Shown here piece after piece: positions 12,601 through 23,300 of a stretch of 64,000 bases of DNA. The DNA is from Mizuhopecten yessoensis (taxonomy: Eukaryota): contig NW_018408852.1 of assembly GCF_002113885.1 (NCBI RefSeq), forward strand, positions 727,751 to 791,750. The letters run 5' to 3'. The notes below the pieces were generated by a model. That model saw only the letters and a program-made list of their open reading frames with translations. It made no database searches and had not been told where the DNA came from. The translations under genes were made by a program, and so were the position numbers. The first letter of the stretch is position 1. Each line of letters starts with the position of its first letter.

Positions 12601-14380
12601 AAGTAACACAAGTATAGTACTGACTACTGGACGTGATGTGACAAACGTAACACAAGTATGACACTGACTCCTGGACGTGATGTGACAAACGTGACACAAG
12701 TATGACACTGACTACTGAACGCGATGTTACAAACGTAACACAAGTAGAGCACTGACGCCTAAACGTGATGTGTTAACTGAACGTGATGTGACGAACGTAA
12801 CACAAGTATAGTACTGTCTACTGGACGTGATGTGACTAACGTAACACAAGTATGCCACTGACTACTGGACGTGGTGGGACAAACGTAACACAAGAATGAC
12901 ACTGACTACTGGACGTCATGTGACAAACGTAAAACAAGAATAGCACTGACTACTGATCGTGATGTGACAAACGTTACACAAGAATAGCACTGACTACTGA
13001 ACTTGATGTGACAAACGTTACACAGGTATAGCACTGACTACTGATCGTGATGTGACAAACGTGACACAAGTATGACACTGACTACTGACCGCGATGTTAC
13101 AAACGTAACACAAGTATTGCACTGACTACTGAACGTCATGTGACAAACGTAAAACAAGAATAGCACTGACTACTGACCGTGATGTGACAAACGTGACACA
13201 AGTATGACACTGACTCCTGGACGTGATGTGACAAACGCAACACAAGTATGACACTGACTACATAGAACTGACTACTGGACGTGATGTGACTAACGTAACA
13301 CAAGTATGCCACTGACTACTGGACGTGCTGTGACAAAAGTAACACAAGTATAGCAATGACTACTGAACGTGATGTGACAAACGTAACAAAAGTAAGACAC
13401 TGACTACTGAACGTGATTTGACAAACGTAACACAAGTATAGCACTGACGCCTAAACGTGATGTGATAACTGAACGTGATGTGACAAACGTTACACAAGTA
13501 TAGCACTGACTACTGAACGTGATGTGATAACTGAACGTGATGTGACAAACGTACCACAAGTATAGCACTGACTACTGAACGTGATGTGATAACTGAACGT
13601 GATGTGACAAACGTACCACAAGTATAGCACTGACTACTGAACGTGATGTGATAACTGAACGTGATGTGACAAACGTTACACAAGTTTAGCACTGACTACT
13701 GAATGTGCTGTGACAAACGTAACACAAGTATGACACTGACTACTGAACGTGATGTGACAAACGTAACACAAGTATGGCACTGACTACTGGACGTGATGTG
13801 ACAAACGTAACACAGGTATGACACTGACTACTGGGCGTGATGTGATAACTGAACGTGATGTGACAAACGAACCACAAGTACAGCACTGACTACTGAACGT
13901 GATGGGATAACTGAACGTGATGTGACAAACGAACCACAAGTACAGCACTGACTACTGAACGTGATGTGTCAAACGTAACACAAGTATGACACAGACTACT
14001 GGGCGTGATGTGACAACCGTAACGCAAGTATGACGCTGACTACTGGGCGTGATGTGACAAACTTAACACAAGTATGACACTGACTACTGGACGTGATGTG
14101 ACAAACGTTACACAAGTATAGCACTGAATACTGAACGTGATGTGATAACTGAACGAGATGTGACAAACGTTACACAAGTTTAGCCCTGACTACTGAATGT
14201 GCTGTGACAAACGTAACACTACTGAACGTGATGTGACAAACGTACCACAAGTATAGCACTGACTACTGAACGTGATGTGACAACTGAACGTGATGTGACA
14301 AACGTTACACAAGTATGACACTGACTACTGAACGTGTTGTGACAAACGTAACACAAGTATGACACTGACTACTGAAAGTG
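9659..14380. repeat. Tandem satellite, 44-bp unit (with 62-bp variants), about 100 copies
   Basis: Consensus GACTACTGAACGTGATGTGACAAACGTAACACAAGTATAGCACT. Some units carry an extra 18 nt (TAACTGAACGTGATGTGA). Confidence 0.98.
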
Positions 14381-16341
14381 CAGCGTGTAATTACCGGCCA
14401 TTATGTTACTGATGTTTATCAATGGCGATCACGTAACAACAGCTCAAGCGAGAGCAACCGATAAGATACAGCATATAGGTGATTACTAATTATAAGCTAC
14501 CGAGCCGGTACCGGACTGGCACTATCCGTACATGCTATCAAGAATAGAGGTGTAAATTATGACACGTGAGATGTGAAATCGATCACGTCACAGGAGATTG
14601 ACTTCAGTTACCTCACGGTGACGTCACAGGGGCATTGCCGTTGTCAGGTCCTCGGTGTTACGTGTCAATTGAGTTGTTAGTCGTTTACTGAATAGGTTTA
14701 TGAATTGACTAAATTATAATGCTTAGTTATATGGATACATCGAGTTTGTAAATGGAAATAAAAATATTTGAATTTACTCTAAATTCAGAATAAATTTTTA
14801 TTTTTACGTGTAAGTCCTTTAAAAGCTATTGTAAATGGACATCAACATATTTTTTACTTAATTTAAGTTCAGAAAAAAATCGAGTTACATGTTGGTCCAC
14901 ATGATAAACATATACATTCTGGCACATTGTTTACATAATGTAAACAAAAGCTCCAACTCAGACAAATTGTGCAAACGTAAAACGATATCCTCGCGTGTTC
15001 AGATACATAGTCGATAAAACATTATCTGTCAACATATATTACTAAAATCGTTTGATTTGCTTTCTCGAAATTATAAGTAAATTTCATGTACAGGACCAAG
15101 TACATCACACAGGTCTATAGAAGTTCAAAACAGCGTGTTTTGGACTCTGTAACTTCCATTTCGACTATCCAAATGACTTTTCGAGATTTTCTGAATGAGA
15201 AAGCACGTGGAAATGAGCGTGGGAAAGTGGATCGCGGGAGCCCACGGCGGAAGTGAGCGCTATGACCGGGTGGTGTTAAAGTCAAACTTCATGTTGTAAA
15301 GTGTCCCTTTTTGCCGCCTGGCAAACCTATCGCCAGGGTTCTGTATTTTTACTCGTAGAGATCTTGTGTTTGGTTTAGAGTATTATGTTTAGTCAAGGCC
15401 TCTCCTCTCCCACTGTACGCCGACATAGTCTTACTCGGTCCTCTAAGAAACTTGTAAACATCGTCTACACCGAATAACACTTCTACTGAGTATAACAGCA
15501 TTAAAACAGAACCATTTAAGCTATACGTCGAATAAAAGAAGATATTTTAGAGAAATATTGATTTCTCTCACATTTCATACTTGATAACGAAGATGAACAG
15601 GAGGTAGATTTAGAACCATACAAACAAAAGTTACCCTTATTGACAAATTATACATGTTCGAAAAAGTATTTAGTGAGTTTTATAAAATTTGAATAGGAAC
15701 AAGAATGACAGTTATATATGATATACTACATCAAAGCATGTATAATTACACCGGGAAAATAAAAAGAATAGACCACCGTTGTTTACCAAAGCTTTAAAAT
15801 GAGACGCCATGGACACACATTCATATTTTATTGTCATCAGCTGTGTATATCGAAAATAAACCAGGTTTAAGTGTTAGTTTCCGGCGTATTTTAACTATTT
15901 TGTGTGCAGCTGATAAATACACCCTGATATTTTTCATTATGACGACATGAATAAAATATAAAATAACTGTGTCTTACAGGATATCAAATACAACCGCGTC
16001 TTATAGATTCTACTTGTATATCTAATCTAACCGCGTTCAACAGGAAATGTATATCAAACGTTTCTACAGTCTCTACAGTGTACTTCAAACGTCAAATGTA
16101 TTGTTTAACTCACAGATTGCAATTACACGACTTTGGGAAGTGCCACATAACGAGTTTGCACTGTCAAATTGTGTTGTAGGTGTTGAGAAGGATTAACCGT
16201 ATTGTGTTTTTATTTGTGTCAATACTTGGTTTATTTACAACCCATTTCGGCGCGATACAAAATTGGCGGTGTGACAGACGCCATCTTGGCACGTGGATGT
16301 TTGTATATTACACCTGGTTTAACGACGTTCCGTTCCCTGGC

Positions 16342-16365
16342 GGGGGTCGGGGAGGGGGGTCGGGG
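16342..16365 (+). other. G-quadruplex-forming motif
   Basis: GGGGG-TC-GGGG-A-GGGGGG-TC-GGGG: four runs of at least 4 G with 1-2 nt loops. Confidence 0.65.
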
Positions 16366-17837
16366 AGTGAGTCGATGAGGGGATTAACAGGGAAGTGTTA
16401 ATTATATTGGAAGATATATCCGAGATAACGCGATCAGCTGATCAATCGACACACCCACCGGCCGCTAGGGGGTATTTGTTTTCTCACCTCCCATATCCCT
16501 TAACAACAGTCTATACCGGCACGATACCTCGCCCGCCATACGGCCACCTGAACATATTCTGTGCTGATTATAAGTTGCATTATCTCCAGTCAGATTTGTA
16601 TTGTATTCTATTATAACGCGAGTTACATTCTGACATCATTATCGGCATGAACACACATTCTGATATAATACAATATAGTTCATGGCTTCATGAACTGGAC
16701 AACCTTATTTGAAAACTAAAGTTTCAAAACGTTTCTTCTTGACCATGCAAAAGAAGGAAAAAGAAAATTCTTAATCTTTTACGGTGTTTTTCATCACCAA
16801 ATATATGTTGCATCAAAATGAAAGGGAACAAATATATCAAATTACTTATACTACAAATCTAACAAAGCATACAGGGATGTTCCAATGTAACTTATATGTC
16901 TGTCCGTCGTCTATAATACAGTTGATGGGAGCCTGTAATGTAGGAATATGAATAAATGAATAATTGCATCTATCTATCAATTAATACATCAAATCGTCAT
17001 TAAAATACTTTTCAAATTTATCTTCAAACAAATAATATATATACACATTCTCGGAAAGAGCATTAAAAAACAATCAATTACTCCATAACTAATCGGAATT
17101 TGGAATTAATGAGATATGTCCACATCGTATACGTACATGTATATAAGAATGTAGGTCACGGACATTTCCATCCACTTTTTGTAAATACATTATAGTAAAA
17201 CGAAAGTAACTTTCCTGAACCCACGCAATGTTTTCACATCTGGGATACTTAACATATTTCGTTTTTGCCTTTTAAACTTATGCTTACAGTATTAATGGAT
17301 GTTAAAAGCGGAGAACTTTATATATGCTTGTGAACAGAATTTTTTATTATCTCAACTTAAGATTTTATCTCGATCTGAAATTTGTTTTATTTACTTGATA
17401 AATGCTTCCGATGTCTAACGACGACACAACTGTAGCTGGTGATTTGACAGAGATTAAACACGGACGACGGACTACGGTATAAACCCACGTGCATTGAGCG
17501 AAATCTACCGATAACGCGATGGACGGGCAAGTCACGTCCCCATATACACGCGTGATTATTAGATGGCTCTGCCTCCGTCAGCACCCGAACTTTCAAATGG
17601 TTTGGTTGATTCAATTTAGCGTGTGATAAGAGACAAATTTAACGCTACACGTCACACAACTCTGTCAGGTAAGATTTTAATTTTTCTGACCGACCTGATC
17701 ATGACATGCCTGACGAATAGATTTCAGCCACCTCTCCTTGTCTATCACTGCGTCTTATTTATTCGGACGCTGAAAAATATTGCCGAGTCGCAGTGAAATT
17801 TGATCTGGCAAGAGCACGCGGGGTCCGCGAGAAGATT

Positions 17838-17847
17838 TGATTGACAG
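17838..17847 (+). promoter_or_regulatory. PBX-MEIS/PREP (TALE) decamer in the twist proximal promoter
   Basis: Exact TGATTGACAG about 140 bp upstream of the TATA box. Confidence 0.5.
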
Positions 17848-17943
17848 CGCGAGAGTCGGTTTCACAGCTAATGGAGCCAAGTGACTCTACCCCAGGTTTA
17901 GTGCCCGGTGGCAAAGTGGGAGGGGACAAGCGCCCCTATCAAC

Positions 17944-17954
17944 GTAAACAAACA
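17944..17954 (+). promoter_or_regulatory. Forkhead-type site(s) in the twist proximal promoter
   Basis: GTAAACAAACA: an RYAAAYA core with an overlapping second AAACA, about 30 bp upstream of the TATA box. Confidence 0.4.
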
Positions 17955-17981
17955 TAAGTCTCCTTTCTCCCAAGAGTTTGT

Positions 17982-18012
17982 TATAAATACCCTGCCGTCA
18001 CCCCGACCAGTG
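17982..18012 (+). promoter_or_regulatory. twist core promoter: TATA box and possible initiator
   Basis: TATAAATA at 17982-17989. Inr-like CCAGTG at 18007-18012, with the A 27 nt from the TATA start. About 200 bp upstream of the ATG. Confidence 0.65.
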
Positions 18013-18182
18013 CACATACGTACAGCCCCATTGAACCACGCGCGCACGTGTATATTGCTCATTTTCATACAAATATTCATAACCCTAAATAACCGGAGTT
18101 CCATTAGCCGAGGAGAAGAGACTTGTTCAATTAGTATATTGAGTGCAGCACATCCTCGGGTCGGTATATACCACGCATCCCT

Positions 18183-18857
18183 ATGGTTCTTACGGATCTC
18201 GGCATGTTTGCTCAACATCAGCTTCAGGGGATGCGGTGCTCTGAGCAGCCCTCTCCTCCACTGGACTACTCCGACCATCAGGAGCGTGACGTAATAGCAA
18301 CCATCAAACAAGAGTGCCAGGAAAACTATTCAAAATCGCGGAAAAACAAAAGGAAACGGTCAGAGGACAACAACAATGTGAGTGTTGACGTTAGCAAACC
18401 GTTCGAACTTTACCACGACTTAGAATCAATATCGTCTTCGTCACTGTCGTCAGCGTCGCTGTCACCCGGATCTGACTGTTCAACAGACATTCACTGCAAC
18501 AAAAAGGCGAGGAGATCTTTAACGACTAAAACTTCCCCAAATGACGTGGCTGACATTCAAAATCAACGAGTGATGGCTAACGTGAGGGAACGGCAGAGAA
18601 CACAGTCACTAAATGAGGGATTTTCTAGTCTGCGGAAGATTATTCCCACGTTACCATCCGACAAGTTGAGTAAGATTCAGACTCTGAAACTCGCCACTCG
18701 TTACATAGACTTTCTGTATCAGGTACTGAGGACAGACGACGCAAATGACAACTCAAACAAAATGGCGGCGTCGTGTAACTACGTCTCCGACGACCGCCTT
18801 AGTTACGCTTTCTCCGCGTGGCGGATGGAGGGAGCCTGGTCCATGCCAACACACTGA
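18183..18857 (+). CDS. twist: Twist-family bHLH transcription factor, 224 aa, uninterrupted CDS
   Basis: Twist b[58 protein letters not shown] and C-terminal WR/Twist box [16 protein letters not shown]. Basic NLS-like KRKR and KKARR. The true start could be the second Met at 18204. Confidence 0.97.
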   Translation: MVLTDLGMFAQHQLQGMRCSEQPSPPLDYSDHQERDVIATIKQECQENYSKSRKNKRKRSEDNNNVSVDVSKPFELYHDLESISSSSLSSASLSPGSDCSTDIHCNKKARRSLTTKTSPNDVADIQNQRVMANVRERQRTQSLNEGFSSLRKIIPTLPSDKLSKIQTLKLATRYIDFLYQVLRTDDANDNSNKMAASCNYVSDDRLSYAFSAWRMEGAWSMPTH

Positions 18858-18883
18858 CCGGAACTTCATGGAAACTTTCTATG

Positions 18884-20338
18884 GTAATTAATTATTTTTT
18901 TCAAATATTTCCCCCGCCCCGTCCTAATGTTTCGCTTGACCTGTACCCTACCCCTATGGTACTACTCCACCGTCTTCTGTGAAGTTTGGGTGGGAGCTTG
19001 ATGGTCGGTCATCAGCATCACCCATGACCGCCTTTTCACCGAAAACTATGTTTGGTAGAGAAATGTCTTATGAACAAATGACAATTCTCATAAATAGACC
19101 TCTCTCCACATTTAGCTCATACGACTGACATCCCTTTTAACAATACTTTACATCTCCAGCACACACGCAGGCATATACACATAGGGAGATATTAGTCAGG
19201 TGACATAGGACTAGTAGTTAGCGCCTGATAAAAGCAGCTCCTGCAAAATGTTTATGCTAATTGTATTGATTGTATGAATTGAAAATCTATGTACTGTAAA
19301 GCGCTGTGGAGTGTCTTATGTTAGCTAGATAGGGCGCTATATCAGATGTTGTATATCATTACCATCAAGTCAATGCTTCTTCGTCTGCTAAGAGTCACAT
19401 GAAACAAATACGTTGAGCGCAAACCATTCTTTTATGTTGATGTCTCCGAAATTTAATTAGACTTTAAAGACCGGGTAAATTGCATATCCTTGTACGTGCA
19501 TGCTAAGATTCCTGTTCGTAACACACAGAACTTGGAATGTATTCCGTTTACGAATGCGTCGGATAGGGATCTGTAACATTGTTGACGACGTCGGGACCCC
19601 CTCAGTATCGATACCAACATCTGTAGCGGAGCAATAAAGCAAGTTTAACACAACCTTTATACGAGATAACGTAACACAACGGTAGCTACACCCGGACGAT
19701 CTGTAGTTTACTGCGCGCGTGATACTCAACTGTTTTATATAAGAAACGGAACAACTTGAAATGATCTACATTGTTTAAACAGGCGAGAATGTTCAATTTG
19801 TGATATGTGCTACATAACTTGGTGTCTGTCTTACACACACACTGTAACAGTTATACGCTGAGTGTCTAACCGGTAAAATACCAAAATTATTCTGTCGCGC
19901 GGTACACGTACGGTAACTTTGTATGGACCAGAGATACGTGTAAAACAGGGCACGTGAATGAGTCGATGTACAACATAAAAAAACTATCACTAGCGTATAA
20001 TCATAGCATTGTTAACGATATATCTTCATGGAGACGAGCCTGTTTGGACACACTCCTTACATTACATTAACTAATTACCGTAGCGGTTAGTGACTGTGCG
20101 GAGGGTACAGGGTGCTCACGTGACGGAACATTGCTTACAACAGTATTAATCATCTTCGAATAACGTTATAATTCAATTGTTAGCTATAGACTAGGTCAGA
20201 AACTGCGTAAATAACGTATCCATATGCTTTACTATATGTATGAGAACAAGATATCATTCTAAACTTTCCTAACTTTTGGCGTATTAGAAAATAAATCCGA
20301 GGAAGTTTGTCCTTGCTCCGTTTTATCTCTTTATCTAG
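18884..20338 (+). other. Putative intron in the twist 3' UTR
   Basis: Donor-like ATG|GTAATT 26 nt after the stop codon. Best nearby acceptor is ccttgctccgttttatctctttatctag (AG at 20337-20338); the acceptor choice is uncertain. Confidence 0.4.
19152..19366 (+). mobile_element. 3' portion of an L2-type LINE or L2-tailed SINE, copy 1
   Basis: Ends in tgtaaagcgct...gggcgctatatcagatgttgtatatcatt, an L2-like 3' terminus. Clearly homologous to 45894-46146. Confidence 0.75.
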
Positions 20339-23300
20339 AGAGTTGTATCATGTCCCCTCCACACCAAGGCTTACGCAGGAAACTAGAGATTCCTCTGATA
20401 ATAAAATACATATATCGTGTTTTTCATACCCTCCTTCTAGATACTTTCCATTGCAATTTTGTAATTCAGAAAATATGGTCAAAATATTTTTTCAAGATCT
20501 TCAAGACTCGGAACTTGATACTTTGCTTCTGTGGACAGTGTGCTGCTTTTGCCATTGTGTGATGGTTCGGACACTATGCTGGTGTGGATATTGTGCTAAT
20601 GTTAATATTCTGCTGATGGGAACACTATAGAAGTTTATTACAGATAGATCTAGATTTAGAGACTCTATCACAGTCAATCGACATATCTACTGCACTCACT
20701 ATCTAGCATACCACTAATCATGGACAACCGACATGTACTTAACATATGTAGACGAATGTCGGACTAAATGCTGCAGGTTTTGAAGGCCAACCGTCCTGAC
20801 AGACCATGCAAATCAAATATACCCTGACATGAGCTTAATCACCAAAATTATTTTCTGTATTTCACATCATATTCGTTCCAACGTTTGATTGTTTGTACTA
20901 CAGTCGCCCAGCTAGTCGAACATACCTCCGACCCTGATCACCCATCACAATCCTGCCTCACTAATTGACTGATATTGATGTAGATGAGGAGACCAATTTT
21001 CACGAGACTGTAGTGGCAGGAATAAATGCCCAGTACGCCCGCCAGTACAAGTATTACCAAACATTTGGACGTCTGTCATGTTTGGACCGATCGTCTAGGC
21101 CTGTACTAAAGCTCTATCATCTTAACTCCACATATCTCGTATATTACTTTCCAACAGTTAGGCATACACTGAGTTACAGGTTTAACATACTTTTCGACAA
21201 ATATTTTCCTATATTATGTGAGAATGATTCGAAAATGTTTGAATACATTTTTGAAATCTCGAATGTCGATAGAATATGCTTAGGAATATGCATTTTTATA
21301 ACATTAAGCTAACAATGCTATGTAAATGCGACAAAATTCCCCCCCGCGATACGCTGCCCCAGATACCCGCCACTCCTACCACGTGATAGATTACTAATGA
21401 ACCCATTCGATGCCATTATGTAATTTTGTGTCACATTACTCAACCCTCAGCGTAATTGTGGGATGTTATTCTTTGAAATGAGTGCATATCATATTGAATC
21501 GGCGAATATGTAGGGAAAGGCCATCCCAGTGAAACAGTCATATGCAATCAGAGCAACATGTACTAATAACAACGATCAGTAAGGACGATCAGTTGAGTTA
21601 GTTTTAGAATATGCAAGAACTTGTGATCTTTACATTTTGTATAAAACTGCCTTTCATAAGTGTTATGAATAGATTCCGATGCCACAAAAACTAAAAGATT
21701 TTTAAGATTAAACTGTTACGGAAGCAATCTATAAGCACGTATCCGTATGCTAGCAAAAGAATACCTTATCTTTTACATTGACTAAAAAAACTGATCTTAA
21801 TGACATAATCTGTATAGTAACGTTGCTGTGAACGAGCTCAATCAAACAACCAAAACTACGACACAGTGCCAGGTATCGTGAAGTAAAAGTATATTTCCTC
21901 ACCACACACAACCGACTCCTTTGTTTGCCTTGTAGGTGGCCTAGAGTATTTTTTCATTTTCTATCTTCTTTGGCGGAAAATTTACTGAACAAAGAAAAAA
22001 TTGACTACGCGTTGTTTTAGGTTTGTTTTACTGGTCGTTTCTGCAGTAAATATGCCTTATCTAGTGGTTTTCTGGCAGTGTGCTGGAGCGTTAGCCGGTG
22101 AGGGGTAAGGCCATACTTTCTGGCCGATCTGTGGACGTGTGAATCAGCGAAGAGTAAGATTCTTTAGGCTTGATTTATGTTGTAGTCACTACCTTTCAAA
22201 ATCAAAGAAACGGGGCATATTTTAGGGGAGTCGTGAACTTGTTTTTGTTGAAGAGGAAGGCTCTGTTCTAACAATGCAAGAAGGTTACACATAGTCAACA
22301 TTATCTACGGTGACCGAATTTAAATTGTATTGATACAGATAACACAGTGAAGGTATCACCTCGCGTTCCATTACTGTATGGCTGATAATAATTGATAAGG
22401 CAAGACAATGACATCACTATCATCATATACATTGATACTTAAAAATGAGATTAGTACAAACATTACAAAGTGTATTAAGTTTGAGATATATAATAGACAA
22501 AGTATTGCGTATAGTTGGTCAAATAGCTTTTTGTGATGACTTGGTTCATTTCTAAATGTATACAATTTACTCGAAATTTCAAGATATAAATGTGATAGCT
22601 GTTTTAATAACTTATTCGTGATTCAAAAGAAATAGCCGTATTTTAACTGTAAGAATTTTTCAGACGATGAATACTTCCAAATACTAAAGAGCGTAAGATT
22701 AGAATCGTCTAAACAACAATTGTATATTAGTGCAAAAACAGTCACACCAAACAGTATTGGTCTAAATGATACGTTCGTTCAAATAATTATCTTTATGAAA
22801 AAAATAAGCATGTACAAAAGCAGGCAAAACTAGTATTATCTTAAAGCGACCATTTTGATTCTCAGGACATTATATTTTGTTCTCAGAGTTTATAAGTTTT
22901 GAAAATATCACAGATTTAAATGTTCTAAATGTTTAAAATTAGCTAATGGAAACAATGAAACAAGAAACCAGGCATATTTCATACATAAACTTAACCAAAA
23001 CAAGATACTAATGATTTGAAAATACGTCGTACAAACGACACAAACTTACTAAAAATTATTAACAACAATCCTCTTAACCAATTTATCACTTTAGCTAGAC
23101 CTTTTTATACATTCCTAAATTCAAACATAAAAAAACCCATCATAATGGACTTAAATGATTTATCAAGAAAGAAATTAACCAAGAAAACAGGATCGTGACG
23201 TATTCGGCGTGATAAGTGACGTAGTGTGCACGATGAAAGAACAGATTTTAGCTAAAACGCTGAAAGGAACACTTTGAAATGACACACGTAAGAGTTTTAT

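Noticed and set aside
11840-13692. Cys/His-rich ORFs (CYVCHITFSSQC repeats) resembling zinc-finger or metallothionein proteins
   Set aside because: They are translations of the 44-bp satellite; the unit is not a multiple of 3 and the frames cycle.
17161-17170. Dorsal/NF-kB site (ggacatttcc) upstream of twist
   Set aside because: Single imperfect match lacking GGG; expected by chance.
17898-18311. 128-aa (+) and 137-aa (-) ORFs overlapping the twist promoter and 5' end
   Set aside because: No recognisable domain; the + ORF starts at GTG upstream of the TATA box. Explained by locally higher GC.
20965-21312. 115-aa ORF downstream of twist
   Set aside because: TTG start, no domain, AT-rich low-information C-terminal half; more likely UTR or intergenic.
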